From: a virus
Length of the DNA: 64,000 bases
Virus record (IMG/VR): IMGVR_UViG_3300020419_000013
Coordinates: 3,103-67,102 of that record
Reading direction: 5' to 3' (one strand)
Shown: positions 26,405 through 37,893 of the stretch, in pieces
Layout of the letters: each line of letters starts with the position of its first letter
How positions within the stretch are numbered: position 1 is the stretch's first letter
Notes under the pieces: generated by a model
Seen by the model: the letters and a program-made list of their open reading frames with translations, nothing else
What the model was told of the DNA's origin: nothing
Databases searched by the model: none
Position numbers and translations under genes: made by a program

Positions 26405-29002
26405 ATGTTAACAGACTATACTGGATCGGACGGATTCACTTGGTGGGTCGGGGAAGTCGAGTCTAACAAAGACCCGATGGTGCTCGGTCGTGTCAAGGTG
26501 CGAATTTATGGATGGCACACAGGTGGTAATGATCAAGAAGATTATTTAAAGAAGTTACCAACTGAAGCACTACCGTGGGCTACACCACTCGTCCCTAACG
26601 ATAAACCACAAGTAAAACAAGTAGGTACTACCGCATCACTACAAGAAGGTGCTATGGTGGTAGGTTTCTTCATGGATGGAGAGGAAGGACAGATCCCAAT
26701 GGTTTTGGGTGCTTTCCATACAGTGAAGGAGACAGGGACAATAGGCGATACCTTCGCTGCTGACCCAGAAGAAGCAAACAAAGATAAAGATAGTCCACCA
26801 CAGGCAGAATCGTTAACAGGTGAAAAGGTAAACTCAGGTAATACTGCACCTAAAGTAATTACAGTGCCAGCTAATCCTGGCGGAGAAGAAGATGAAGCAA
26901 GAGGTGCACTAGGAAAGGCAGCAGTTGTTAACTCAGGTCATGGAGACCCAACAACTAACCCTATGATCGTGCCATCTCAGATGGAGGGTGTTGCTGACGG
27001 TGTAAATGGATCAGCAGGATCAGGATTTAAAACAGACGTATCTCGTATGCTCACTGAGTTGGGTAATATGGGCAATCAGTTGGCAAGAGGAAAGGACGGA
27101 CAATATATTTCTATCATCACTGGTAAGATTATACCTGGCGACCCTATCAAAGAAAGACTTGATAAGATTGTTAACTTCGTAAGTGGTGGTTTATCTGGTA
27201 TGCTTGCACCTCTAAAGCAAGCCATGGCAGAAGCAGTAGCTAAAGCAGTTAATATTCTTGTGAAACTATTGGCAAAGTTTGTGCCACTTGCAGTGCTCAA
27301 GATTCTAATGGCAGCATTGGATCAGATCTTAGAGATCTTTTGTGTCCCAGTGCCTGCATGGTTGGGTCTAGTTAACAGTGCATTGGGTGATATTAGTAGT
27401 TTTACCAATGGACTAGTTAATAGTATTGTTGATAAGGTTACTAATCAGATTGATAACATCACTAATAAGGTTGATAGTATTATCGATCGTATGTTAACTG
27501 GTGCACAGAATGCAATGGCAGACACTGCAAACACCATAGGCACCATGATGACTGGTATCTTGGGCGTGGTAGCAGGTGGTAAAAAGATTGCAGCACTGAC
27601 TGGTGCAGTTAAGACTATCCTCACTACAGACTTTTCTAAGTTAGATTGGGGATCACTACTAGGTGTTATCTTAGGTATTCTAAAAGCATTATTCGCAAAA
27701 GATTGCGGACGAACGACGAAAGTTAATAAGACGAAAGGGTGGTTTCCTTTACTGGGGACTACTAAATGTGATTCATTTGGTGAGGCACTTATAGCAAGTG
27801 GGGCATCCCCTACTGCAGCCAATTATGCTGATGACAAGACTGGAAGAGGATTCTTTAATGATTTCTATAGTCAACTGGATCCGTATCGACAGACAACTCA
27901 GACATTCTTAAACGGCACAAGTATTGTTGAAGATGCTACGCCTGGTAAAGAAAAACGTATTGTATCAGGACCTGGTGGTGTGTCTATCATTGAGGATAGA
28001 ATTGGTAACGTCCACACAAACGTCCCACATAACAACACAAGAATCATAGCCAAGGATGATTGTGAGACAGTCAAAGGAAATAAAACATTAACTGTAGAGG
28101 GTGATTACTTCCTCAAGGTTATGGGTAACTATAATATAGAAGTTATAGGTGCTATGAATGTGAGTCAGAGTAATGGAGATCCTACTGAGACAACAGGATC
28201 ATCTAAACCTGGTAATGGCGTGCAGACTGAGAGTGCTATAGGATCATCTACTACAGATAATGCTAATTTCTATAAACCACCTATGCCTGTATATGGATCA
28301 CAGGTGTATCCTTCATATCCAAAAGAGCCAGGCTCAGATAAGTGGGGACGTAGACCAGGTGGATCACAGTTAGCAGTCCCTACTAAGTCTGGTAGTGATA
28401 AAGAGCAATCATCTGTAGAAGTGAAACATGGTGACCACACCATTGCATATAGTGGTATTGTAACCATGCAAGGAGCTGACATAAAACTACAAGCAGCCGA
28501 CAAAGTTAATATCGCAGCACAGGTAACTAAGATTGAAGGTAACGCTATTGATCTAGTTGCTGATGGTGAGATTACTATGGAAGCAAACTGGATCAGTAAA
28601 TTCTTGGGCTCAGGTGAGCTGGCATTTGTAAATATGTTTAGTCTTGATATCATGCCTAAGATCTCTGGTATATTCCAGATGGTTAAAGGATCTATTGTTG
28701 ATGCATGTGTAGATCAACCAGGTATCCCACCTGCTACACCACCTTTACATATTCGTATTGCTAATGCTACCACTCTGGTTGGTGGTATGGCAGACGTAGT
28801 AAGTGGCACAACAGGAGCACATTTTACCTTTGTTAACACTGCCTCAGGTGGTATTGCAGAGATTGTAAATGCTGCGGGTGGTGCTATCATTAACCAAGTA
28901 AACAACGGTATCGCATCATATGGTGTGAATACTGGATTCTTCGCTGCAGGATGCTCTGCAGGTCCTACACAAATATATGGCTTGCCAGTTTTGTTAAACT
29001 GA
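26405..29002 (+). CDS. gp5: Baseplate hub/needle protein gp5
   Basis: WWVGEVE..DP..LGRVKVR OB-fold, LPWA, VGFFMDG, VKGNKTLTVEGD beta-helix repeats. Confidence 0.9.
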   Translation: MLTDYTGSDGFTWWVGEVESNKDPMVLGRVKVRIYGWHTGGNDQEDYLKKLPTEALPWATPLVPNDKPQVKQVGTTASLQEGAMVVGFFMDGEEGQIPMVLGAFHTVKETGTIGDTFAADPEEANKDKDSPPQAESLTGEKVNSGNTAPKVITVPANPGGEEDEARGALGKAAVVNSGHGDPTTNPMIVPSQMEGVADGVNGSAGSGFKTDVSRMLTELGNMGNQLARGKDGQYISIITGKIIPGDPIKERLDKIVNFVSGGLSGMLAPLKQAMAEAVAKAVNILVKLLAKFVPLAVLKILMAALDQILEIFCVPVPAWLGLVNSALGDISSFTNGLVNSIVDKVTNQIDNITNKVDSIIDRMLTGAQNAMADTANTIGTMMTGILGVVAGGKKIAALTGAVKTILTTDFSKLDWGSLLGVILGILKALFAKDCGRTTKVNKTKGWFPLLGTTKCDSFGEALIASGASPTAANYADDKTGRGFFNDFYSQLDPYRQTTQTFLNGTSIVEDATPGKEKRIVSGPGGVSIIEDRIGNVHTNVPHNNTRIIAKDDCETVKGNKTLTVEGDYFLKVMGNYNIEVIGAMNVSQSNGDPTETTGSSKPGNGVQTESAIGSSTTDNANFYKPPMPVYGSQVYPSYPKEPGSDKWGRRPGGSQLAVPTKSGSDKEQSSVEVKHGDHTIAYSGIVTMQGADIKLQAADKVNIAAQVTKIEGNAIDLVADGEITMEANWISKFLGSGELAFVNMFSLDIMPKISGIFQMVKGSIVDACVDQPGIPPATPPLHIRIANATTLVGGMADVVSGTTGAHFTFVNTASGGIAEIVNAAGGAIINQVNNGIASYGVNTGFFAAGCSAGPTQIYGLPVLLN

Positions 29003-29031
29003 TGTATGATATAGGGACTAACTCCCTATAT
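28982..29031 (+). promoter_or_regulatory. Sigma70 promoter overlapping a hairpin
   Basis: TTGCCA-N17-TATGAT; ATATAGGGA/TCCCTATAT stem ending 2 nt before ATG 29033. Confidence 0.55.
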
Positions 29032-29032
29032 T

Positions 29033-29221
29033 ATGGATTCTGATGCTGTTGCTCACATCTTCGTAAAGATGAGTCAACGTAAAATTACTATATTAGACGA
29101 AGCAGGCTACGAAGAAATTGTTAAATACAAATGGGATGACGAGGGTAGTGAAGGTTTCCAAGAAACCATTGCACAATTTCAAGCGGTAGTCCCAAAAGAC
29201 ATTATTACATACACACCATGA
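29033..29221 (+). CDS. Hypothetical protein
   Basis: 62-aa ORF coupled to the next gene. Confidence 0.7.
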   Translation: MDSDAVAHIFVKMSQRKITILDEAGYEEIVKYKWDDEGSEGFQETIAQFQAVVPKDIITYTP

Positions 29222-29472
29222 GTAACATTATCACTCTTACTCAAGAAGAGATTGAAGGTAACTTTGATTTTGCTTTGAAACTTTGTGAAAAGGGTCATAC
29301 GATCAAGGTTATTACAAAAGATGAAAAAGCAGTTTTGCTTACTCCAGTAATGGGATACACTCAACTACCAGATGATGTGAATATTCCAGACGCTGAAGAA
29401 TTTGTCCCCGATCCTGCTGCTGTGGGCACATATGTAGCGGAATCTATGAGAGAAATGACTCAAGATTTCTAA
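29218..29472 (+). CDS. Hypothetical protein (possible Phd/YefM-like fold)
   Basis: EEIEGNFDFALKLCEKGHTIKVI pattern. Confidence 0.6.
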   Translation: MSNIITLTQEEIEGNFDFALKLCEKGHTIKVITKDEKAVLLTPVMGYTQLPDDVNIPDAEEFVPDPAAVGTYVAESMREMTQDF

Positions 29473-29768
29473 TGAATGGAAATGTCAAGTTAACAGAAAA
29501 CTACTGTTACCTCGAGTTACCCGAAAACTCAGGGGGTAGACAAATAGTCAAGTGTTATAAGATTGGTGGAATACCATATACATTTGACGAAATACCAGAG
29601 TTCATGCAGTCAGATCCAGAGATACAATTAGATGCAGATACATCTAATGAGTATGATATGGATGAAATGTATAGATACTCTTGTTATCTGTGCGAAGAGG
29701 AAATGCACCCACTTATGTGGGATTTGACTGGGTTTGTCGAAAATTTCGAGGAAGTCCCAGACGCATAG
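29472..29768 (+). CDS. Conserved cyanophage hypothetical protein
   Basis: IPYTFDEIP...YLCEEEMHPL. Confidence 0.75.
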   Translation: MNGNVKLTENYCYLELPENSGGRQIVKCYKIGGIPYTFDEIPEFMQSDPEIQLDADTSNEYDMDEMYRYSCYLCEEEMHPLMWDLTGFVENFEEVPDA

Positions 29769-29816
29769 TGTTTATTGTATAAATAAAGTTGTAACTAAAT
29801 AGCGAGCGGTTTTGCT

Positions 29817-31157
29817 GTGGCAACAAAGCGAATATCACAATTAAGTGCAATAACGGATGCAGAGGTTACTGGCGAGTCGATTCTCCCTGTAGTTATCTCT
29901 GACCCATTGCAACCAAACCGCAAAGCCAAAGTAAACCAGTTGCATAGAGGTGTGAGTGCAGGAACTGCAGCCACGCCAGGTCTATGTTTCGATTTGGACA
30001 GGGACACAGGACTCTACCAAGCACAAGCAAATGAGATTGGTATAACTTTTGGGTCTGCGACAATCTATAACACTAGAGTAGCAAACACTGATGGATCTTC
30101 AACGGTCAACATCACTGCTATAGATACTGCTAGTGCAAACAGTAACGTACAAATCACTCCTCAAGGTAGTGGTTATTTTACTGTACAAGGTCTTACTCAG
30201 TTTAAAGACGTTGAGTTTTACTTAACAGGTGACCAAAACCCTGCGAAGAGAGCATTCTTCAATGCTGATACAATCTCTACGCAATCAGGTACAAAGAGAT
30301 TTGACTTACCTGATGTAGGTGCAAACACATCTACAACGATGGTTGCTAATGACACCTTCCAGACATTGACAAACAAGTCGGTTATCATTAAAGATAGCGA
30401 ATTGTCTATTACTGGATCAACATCAACTGATAAAATTGCAAAGTTTGAGTGTGACTCATGGCAGTCAGTAGGTACTCACTTCTATAAGTTACCTGATTTT
30501 GGTGCTACAGAGACACAATCTACTCTGATTGATGACATCACAGAGCAGAATATATTCAACAAGAACATGATTAACCCCACGTTCTCGAATACACCCTCTG
30601 GAGATCCTCAAAATCCTACAGCAAAGGTCATTTTTGATTCTTCTGGTCTAACCGCAGACCGTACTATTACATTTGATAACCTTAATGCTACACTTGTAGG
30701 TACAGACTCTACCCAAACACTAAGTAATAAAGTATATCAAGGTGCAATCTTTGCAGATACAACTGCAAGCGTCGGTATTAATAGGAAAGTAACGTTTGAT
30801 TTATCTAATATTGAGGATAATCAAAACTATTCCTATAGTTTCCCTAATAACGACCCTTCTGCTCCCCTAAATACAAGTGACTCTTCAGTTTTAGTAACAG
30901 AATTGAAGACTCAAACGTTGGTTAATAAGACATTTGAATCCGCTAAGATTAACAACCCTAACGATTTAAACGGTCTTGTTACTATTGACGTCTCTAATAT
31001 CACTGAAGCAGTATCGATTCAATTCCCTAATGCGGATGCGACTTTACTTTCAACGAATAACATCGCTGAGGTGGGTATTAGTTTTGGTGGTCCGATTTCG
31101 GCACCTGTCTTGGGAGGACAACTAAGACTACAATCACATTTCCAGTCAGGATGGTAA
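29817..31157 (+). CDS. Virion structural protein (tail-fibre module)
   Basis: Late promoters upstream; MATKRISQL; repeated QTLTNK/QTLSNK/QTLVNK. Confidence 0.8.
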   Translation: MATKRISQLSAITDAEVTGESILPVVISDPLQPNRKAKVNQLHRGVSAGTAATPGLCFDLDRDTGLYQAQANEIGITFGSATIYNTRVANTDGSSTVNITAIDTASANSNVQITPQGSGYFTVQGLTQFKDVEFYLTGDQNPAKRAFFNADTISTQSGTKRFDLPDVGANTSTTMVANDTFQTLTNKSVIIKDSELSITGSTSTDKIAKFECDSWQSVGTHFYKLPDFGATETQSTLIDDITEQNIFNKNMINPTFSNTPSGDPQNPTAKVIFDSSGLTADRTITFDNLNATLVGTDSTQTLSNKVYQGAIFADTTASVGINRKVTFDLSNIEDNQNYSYSFPNNDPSAPLNTSDSSVLVTELKTQTLVNKTFESAKINNPNDLNGLVTIDVSNITEAVSIQFPNADATLLSTNNIAEVGISFGGPISAPVLGGQLRLQSHFQSGW

Positions 31158-31164
31158 TTAAGAA

Positions 31165-33369
31165 ATGACAGCAGGAAGACTAGCTGCAGTATCACCTGCA
31201 GCAACAACAGACACGTCGCTCTATAAAGCGAATATTACGGACACAGCATCGACGGTAGTTAATGTATGCAACCAGAATGGATCTGGTAGCACATATAGAT
31301 TGGCGTTGAGAGATTACGATCAAGTATTACATCTTGATGGATTGAATTCTAGTGCATATAAATTTGCTATAGGTAATCCAGTATCAAGTTATTATCTAGA
31401 TCTTAATCCAGGTTTTACAGACACCCAAGCGGTGCCTGGCACAAACTTTACGACAACTAATGGTGCCACTGGTACTATACTTGATGTATTCAAACCTACG
31501 ACTGCTGTTACATATTACACTAAGGTCTCTGAGATCATTCAACTTAGTTTCGCTGCTGATTCTCTAACTGGTACACCTGTAGATGGTGAGACAATTACAG
31601 GGTCAACCTCTGGGGTCACTGCATCTAACCGTGGTTTGATTGGTGCAGGTACTTCTGGTTACATTGAGGTTGCTGATATCACCACAGGTGCTACTTCAGT
31701 AAACGTAGATAGAAATACTGGTCTTGCCGACGGTATGTATATTACTGTTGGAGATCCATCTGCAACACCAAGTGATAGCACTGGTGAGATTATCTCTATT
31801 GATTCATCTGGTATTAATACTACGACTAATGTCTTGACCATTACTCGTGGTGCACTAGGCACAACTCCTGCAGCAATTCCTGCAGGACGTCTATCTGTTG
31901 CGTGGTCAGCATCTGCTACTGTTACAACGATTGACGAGGGTGGCACATATGCAGCGAGTGATGTAACTCTAACTGTAACTGACTCTACTGGTTTTGTTAC
32001 TGGTGGTTTTATCTTGATTGATAACGAGATTCTAGAAGTTACAGGTGTTGCAGGTAATGACTTAACTGTTACTCGTGGGTCTTATGGTACATCTGACGTT
32101 AACCACAACAACGGTGCTAACGTTACATTGTTAACTAACAACGGACAATATCTGCTCAACTGGTTTACAACTGATGAGCCTATTACCTTTGCAGGAGGAG
32201 CAGCAGCAACTGTATCATTCAGTGCAACTGCATCTCAGACAATTAGCACAAAGTTTGTTTTATCAACAACAGGTGCAAGTGCTACCGATCATATCTTTAA
32301 CCAAGCACTACAATTAGACCTTAACAGGACTTACATCTTTGATCAAAGTAACTCAACTAACGCAGGTAATGCATTTAGATTTTCAGCAGATGATACTGAA
32401 GGTCCTAATGGATCAGGTACTGAATACACCACAGGTGTTACAAAGGTAGGTACTGCAGGATCTGCAGGTTGCACAGTGACTATTGGTGTCACATCATCTA
32501 CCTCTAACCTCTTGAATGTATATTCAGAAGATGGAGTAGATCCCTCACTGACTACAGGTCGTGGTTTCACTGTTAACGTGTCACTAACACCAACATACAC
32601 AAGAATTTACATTTACAATGTAGCAGGTGAAGCACTTGCAGCAGCAGATACATTTACTGTTGGATCCACTACACAAACAATAAATGCAAGTGGTGTCAGT
32701 GTAGGATCTTATGGATACGTCCATGGATATGACCCTGCAACCAACCATCTAAAGGTTTCTATTGATAGAAATTCAGCAGCATTCTCTGTTGGTGATACTT
32801 TCTATGATTCCCCAACACTAATTAATGGCACAAGATCTATGTGCGAAGTTGTTGATGGTAAGATCTTAACTGTGGATACAATCGGTGCTGCTGATGCAAG
32901 TAGGACTGCCAACACATATACAGTAACTGGATCAACTAACGGTAGTGGCACAGGACAATCATTCCAAGTTGTAGTAGCAGCATCTACAGGTGCAGCAACC
33001 GTAACTGTATTGAATGGTGGTAAGAATCACACTGCAGGAAACACTGTTACCATCCTTGATAGCGATCTAGGTGGTGGTGGAGCAGCAAACTTAACATTTA
33101 ATGTCGCTACAATATCCTCAGGTATACAAACTTCTGCTACAGGAGTTTATAATGTAAGTGATTATGTCTTCTATGATAAGGCAATCGCTGCAAATGTAAC
33201 TGACAAAAACTCATCCATAGTCGTCGGACCTGGTCAAAACCTAGTCTGTCGTGCAGCAAATACAGGAGTATCATTTGTTGTAAATGGATTTGAATCTAAC
33301 TCCTCTGATTATGAAGTTGTGAATATGACCAAGACTACCACTGATGGTGGTGGTGGAGCAGCACCCTAA
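31165..33369 (+). CDS. Virion structural protein, Thr/Gly-rich beta-repeat fibre
   Basis: MTAGRLAA; repeated LTITRGALGT/LTVTRGSYGT modules. Confidence 0.8.
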   Translation: MTAGRLAAVSPAATTDTSLYKANITDTASTVVNVCNQNGSGSTYRLALRDYDQVLHLDGLNSSAYKFAIGNPVSSYYLDLNPGFTDTQAVPGTNFTTTNGATGTILDVFKPTTAVTYYTKVSEIIQLSFAADSLTGTPVDGETITGSTSGVTASNRGLIGAGTSGYIEVADITTGATSVNVDRNTGLADGMYITVGDPSATPSDSTGEIISIDSSGINTTTNVLTITRGALGTTPAAIPAGRLSVAWSASATVTTIDEGGTYAASDVTLTVTDSTGFVTGGFILIDNEILEVTGVAGNDLTVTRGSYGTSDVNHNNGANVTLLTNNGQYLLNWFTTDEPITFAGGAAATVSFSATASQTISTKFVLSTTGASATDHIFNQALQLDLNRTYIFDQSNSTNAGNAFRFSADDTEGPNGSGTEYTTGVTKVGTAGSAGCTVTIGVTSSTSNLLNVYSEDGVDPSLTTGRGFTVNVSLTPTYTRIYIYNVAGEALAAADTFTVGSTTQTINASGVSVGSYGYVHGYDPATNHLKVSIDRNSAAFSVGDTFYDSPTLINGTRSMCEVVDGKILTVDTIGAADASRTANTYTVTGSTNGSGTGQSFQVVVAASTGAATVTVLNGGKNHTAGNTVTILDSDLGGGGAANLTFNVATISSGIQTSATGVYNVSDYVFYDKAIAANVTDKNSSIVVGPGQNLVCRAANTGVSFVVNGFESNSSDYEVVNMTKTTTDGGGGAAP

Positions 33370-33395
33370 CTAAATATTCAGTAGGCATTCTTTAA

Positions 33396-36300
33396 ATGGC
33401 ACTAACTCGTCTTAAAAATATCATCACATCGAGGACTGGACGTATTATATACGTCAACCCCGATGATTTTGATGCGTCAGATAGTTTTGACAATAGAGGT
33501 AACTCAGCGTTACGTCCATTCAAGACGTTGCAACGTGCGTTTTTAGAAGTATCGAGATTTTCATATAGAGTTGGTTTAAGTAATGACGAATTTGACGCAT
33601 TCAGTATATACCTATATCCCTCAGAGTATGTTTTAGATAATAGACCAGGTTTAACAGATTTTAACCAGATCCAACCATTCAATGAGAATAGTAACTTTGA
33701 TTTAACGTCTGCATCCAATGAGCTTTACAAATTCAATTCAACTCGTGGTGGCATTATTGTACCCAGAGGTTGTTCCGTCGTGGGATCCGACCTCAGAAGA
33801 ACTAAGATTGTACCTAAATATGTGCCGTATCCCACAGTACAAGGATCCCTTGGTATAACTGCTGCTAACGAGCCTACTGCTACTGCAATCTTTAGATTAA
33901 CTGGTGCGACATATTTCTGGCAGATGTCCTTCTTTGATGGGGACAACAACGGTGTATTCTATAGAGACGATCTCTCACAGATAGCACCAAACTTCTCACA
34001 TCATAAACTAACATGTTTCGAGTATGCTAATACTGCTGATCTAAACTTATACTATCAAAAGATCTCAAAAGCATACGCAACGATTCCTGATTCCTCTGGT
34101 ATCATAGCTCAAGACCAATTACAGGCAAGAGTCGAGGAAAACAGAATTGTAGGTCCGATCTCTGATGAATTTGCTGTATCACAGATCATAAGAAATGGAC
34201 AAACAGCAACCGCATTTACCGTGGATGAGTTGGGTAACCCCAAGAACCACGGTTTCTCTGTTGGAGTAGCAGTTAATATATCTGGTGTAACAGGTCCTAC
34301 TGAGCAAGATCAGTTACTATACAATGGATCATTCTTTGTAACGTCAGCACAGGGTAACCAGTTTACCTATCAAATGTCTGCTGAGCCATCTGGTAACGCT
34401 ATTGGATCTAATATTCTTGTTAAGGTTGAGATTGACACAGTTGACTCAGCATCACCATATGTATTCAACTGCTCTCTAAGATCAGTATGGGGTATCAATG
34501 GTATGCATGCTGATGGAGCAGAAGCAACTGGTTTCAAATCCATGGTTGTTGCCCAGTTTACAGGTATATCACTACAGAAAGACGACAGAGCATTCGTATT
34601 ATATAACGCAACTACAGGTCAATATGAAGCACAAGCCGCAGGGTCTGGTGCACACATTAATGGTCTGGCAAAATATCGTAAGGGATGGCGTAACTGCCAT
34701 ATTAAAGCATCCAATGATGCATTTATACAGGTCGTTTCTGTGTTTGCTGTTGGATTTGGTGACCATTTCTTCTCTAGGAGTGGTGGTGACCTATCTATCA
34801 CTAATAGTAACAGTAACTTCGGAAATACCTCTCTCAGATCTACTGGATTTAAGTCAGCAAGTTTCACCAAAGATAAGGCGGGACAGATTACGCACGTTAT
34901 ACCACCTAAATCCTTAGATGATGTAGAGGAAATCTCAGTTAACTGGGTGACTATCGATATTAACAAGACCAGAGCAGCAGCAGATCCAACAAAACTATTT
35001 TTATATGGTTACTCAGTAGAAACTGGCAAACCACCAAGTAAAGTCCAAGGCTATACTGTTGGTGCCAGAAGAGATGATGTCAACACACCTGACAGAGTTT
35101 ATGTCTTGTTGGTAGCATCTGGTGCAAATGAGCCAACAACTCATTACGCAGAGATTGCACCTTCAGGTCCTACTGTAACAGGCACATCACCTGGTGATGA
35201 CGACTCTCCACTCAAGTGGGATGTTACACAAAGCAACTGGTATATTCAAGTAAATGGTAGTGCAAACACAATTTACACTACACTACAGTCTAATACAACA
35301 TATCAAAACTTAGGATTCACACCTACTACATTTGTAAGAAGAATCCCTGATGCTAGAAACCTTGTTGACAGAATCTATCGTTATCGTTACGTCCTTGATA
35401 AAGACGCATTCCCAGTGCCTAGGACACCGATTACTGGTTTCGTTATCGAGCCTAGATCATCAGAAACTAACTCTCCTGCATACTCGAGGACATATTACAT
35501 TTATGCAGTCGAGACTTATCAAGAATTTGTTAGAGGTGTCACCGATGGTATATACTATCTGACATTCCTTAATGCTTCAGTTAGCCCAACTACAACTAAC
35601 TTCAACGACTTCGAGTTCTCACAACAGACAGTCGATCTCTACCCTGCATTTGACAGAGATAACCCAGTTGCAGACCCCTCTGCATCTATCTCTATCGCAG
35701 ATAATGAAGTATTGGGATTAGTGAAGACCACTGATGGTGCATCACCTACACCTAATGAGAATAAACAGTTGTCTATTACAAAAGAAACAACTCAATATTA
35801 TCTACAGGAGTCGCAAAATAACTTAGGATACACTACAGCATCTAACGTGTTGAATGGTATCTCAGTTACTGCACGAGCAGGTGAGGCAGAGGATAGGAAG
35901 ATTCCTCTAAAACTAAATGCTGACAGTAGCGTCCAACCTGTATTAGTAGAGCTGAGACGATATTCAATCCTTAGAGCATCTGGACACACGTTTGAATACC
36001 TTGGTTTCGGACCAGGTAACTATTCAACTGCATTCCCATCTACACAGGTGGAAGTATTGTCACCTGCTCAGGTTAGACTATCACAGTCACTAAAAGAAGC
36101 AGCAGGTGTTGCATACTACTCAGGTGTTAACAGTGATGGTGAATTATTCGTTGGTAACCAGGTTATTAACCCAGTTACAGGTCAGATCACTAACGAAGAT
36201 ATTGCACAACTTAACGTGTTAGGTGAGGAAGGCACAACTATTGAGACATTCTCTGAGTTGGTCTTAACTGATAAACTAACTGTTATTGGTGGTGCATCTA

Positions 36301-36968
36301 ACCAGTTAGAATCAGTATTCTCAGGTCCTGTTACCTTCCAGAAGAAAGTAACATCACAGGATGAGATCCAGTCATTAGAGTTTACATTCTCTAATAATGA
36401 CGGCACGGTGCTGAGAAAAACATTCTTAGCTGAGGATGATGGATCTGGGCTACCTGTTACACAGGCAGGATCAGCATTCAATACAGGAGACATGTGTTAC
36501 AACATTGATTGGGCACCAGGTCAAGCACTTGGTTGGATCTATGATAATAACACATGGTATAAGTTTGGTTTGAGTGATACCGCACCTATCACATCAAATC
36601 GTTATAGTGGCGTCACACACTATGGTGTTGGTATAGCACCCGATGCTACAAATAGAATGAAGATTGGTGGTAACTTCTACATCGATGGTAACCTTGATGT
36701 ATCAGGTAATTATGGATCAGCAGACAAATACACACTTGCAACTGGTATAGCAAACGCAAACAACGGCACAACATATAGTGGCGATGGAGCAACTGCAACC
36801 TTTGCTATCTCTGCAGGTCACACTTCATACTCACTCTTGGTATTCCTTAATGGAGTATGTCAAGTGCCAGGTGTTGACTATCAAGTGAGTGGAAACTCAG
36901 TTGATTTCTCTATAGGTACAGTGCCACAGTCAGGTGACACTATACATGTAAGAGAGTTGGTTATCTAA
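33396..36968 (+). CDS. Large tail fibre/tailspike-like protein with beta-helix region
   Basis: RPFKTLQRA, VGSDLRRTKI, SPYVFNCS, VSVFAVG, SITNSNSNFG motifs of cyanophage fibres. Confidence 0.82.
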   Translation: MALTRLKNIITSRTGRIIYVNPDDFDASDSFDNRGNSALRPFKTLQRAFLEVSRFSYRVGLSNDEFDAFSIYLYPSEYVLDNRPGLTDFNQIQPFNENSNFDLTSASNELYKFNSTRGGIIVPRGCSVVGSDLRRTKIVPKYVPYPTVQGSLGITAANEPTATAIFRLTGATYFWQMSFFDGDNNGVFYRDDLSQIAPNFSHHKLTCFEYANTADLNLYYQKISKAYATIPDSSGIIAQDQLQARVEENRIVGPISDEFAVSQIIRNGQTATAFTVDELGNPKNHGFSVGVAVNISGVTGPTEQDQLLYNGSFFVTSAQGNQFTYQMSAEPSGNAIGSNILVKVEIDTVDSASPYVFNCSLRSVWGINGMHADGAEATGFKSMVVAQFTGISLQKDDRAFVLYNATTGQYEAQAAGSGAHINGLAKYRKGWRNCHIKASNDAFIQVVSVFAVGFGDHFFSRSGGDLSITNSNSNFGNTSLRSTGFKSASFTKDKAGQITHVIPPKSLDDVEEISVNWVTIDINKTRAAADPTKLFLYGYSVETGKPPSKVQGYTVGARRDDVNTPDRVYVLLVASGANEPTTHYAEIAPSGPTVTGTSPGDDDSPLKWDVTQSNWYIQVNGSANTIYTTLQSNTTYQNLGFTPTTFVRRIPDARNLVDRIYRYRYVLDKDAFPVPRTPITGFVIEPRSSETNSPAYSRTYYIYAVETYQEFVRGVTDGIYYLTFLNASVSPTTTNFNDFEFSQQTVDLYPAFDRDNPVADPSASISIADNEVLGLVKTTDGASPTPNENKQLSITKETTQYYLQESQNNLGYTTASNVLNGISVTARAGEAEDRKIPLKLNADSSVQPVLVELRRYSILRASGHTFEYLGFGPGNYSTAFPSTQVEVLSPAQVRLSQSLKEAAGVAYYSGVNSDGELFVGNQVINPVTGQITNEDIAQLNVLGEEGTTIETFSELVLTDKLTVIGGASNQLESVFSGPVTFQKKVTSQDEIQSLEFTFSNNDGTVLRKTFLAEDDGSGLPVTQAGSAFNTGDMCYNIDWAPGQALGWIYDNNTWYKFGLSDTAPITSNRYSGVTHYGVGIAPDATNRMKIGGNFYIDGNLDVSGNYGSADKYTLATGIANANNGTTYSGDGATATFAISAGHTSYSLLVFLNGVCQVPGVDYQVSGNSVDFSIGTVPQSGDTIHVRELVI

Positions 36969-36990
36969 ATAAAATATCGAGAGGAAGTAG

Positions 36991-37893
36991 ATGTCTACTA
37001 AGATTAATGGTAATCAGATTGACGCTGCCACAAGAGCAATTATTACTGCTCTAACTGTGACAGAGCAGATCAACCTGCCTGCCCTTACTCAAACAGCAAT
37101 TAATGGTCTTGGTACACCTGCCTATGGTACTTTGGTTTATAACACAACCGAAGACATGGCACAGATTTATCTTCAAGATGCTGCTGCAGGAGTGCCAGGT
37201 TGGGATGATGTAGGTGGTGGAGGACCTTCTGTTGGAGAAGATTCCATCGTCCGTACAAATGGACCTACAATCGGTGAGAATCTTACTGTAGGACCTATTG
37301 CAAATGGAGGAGTAGAGTTTACCAATGGTTTCACTGCAGGACCTATTCAGATTGCGAGTGGAAATACAGTTACTATTGAAAACAATGCCACATGGTTTAT
37401 CCTTGGTGGAGAAGAGAATGACCTAAAAGAGGGAGAGGTTGTGCAGGCAAAGTTTGCATCAACACCCCCAGATCGCTATCTAATTAGAAACAATAATTTA
37501 GTGCAGATACCTAACCTCGAAGTATCGATTGCACCTACACATACAAACTCTAAAATTGTATTGATCGCAATGATTACAGGTAATGCTAGACACGTTACGT
37601 CATTTGGTTTCTTCCGTGATGGTAACCTAATTACTAGTGGACTCAACGGAAACTCCAACGTTGGTAGTGGATCTGTAGCGACTACATACACTGGTGACGA
37701 CACTAGTGATCATATGTATTCGTGGCCAGTTAACTATCATGATACACCTGGCACCACAAACGCAGTTACATATACTGTTGGTGCATCTGCATCATGGGGT
37801 GGGTCGATAAGAGATCTCTATATAAATGATAGATCTAGCAATGACATGAGAAGTGTCAGCACACTTTTAGCACTAGAGGTGAGAGGTAACTAA
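36991..37893 (+). CDS. Tail fibre subunit
   Basis: GTLVYNTT, AGPIQIASG, IAPTHTNSKI, DTPGTTNAVTY. Confidence 0.75.
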   Translation: MSTKINGNQIDAATRAIITALTVTEQINLPALTQTAINGLGTPAYGTLVYNTTEDMAQIYLQDAAAGVPGWDDVGGGGPSVGEDSIVRTNGPTIGENLTVGPIANGGVEFTNGFTAGPIQIASGNTVTIENNATWFILGGEENDLKEGEVVQAKFASTPPDRYLIRNNNLVQIPNLEVSIAPTHTNSKIVLIAMITGNARHVTSFGFFRDGNLITSGLNGNSNVGSGSVATTYTGDDTSDHMYSWPVNYHDTPGTTNAVTYTVGASASWGGSIRDLYINDRSSNDMRSVSTLLALEVRGN

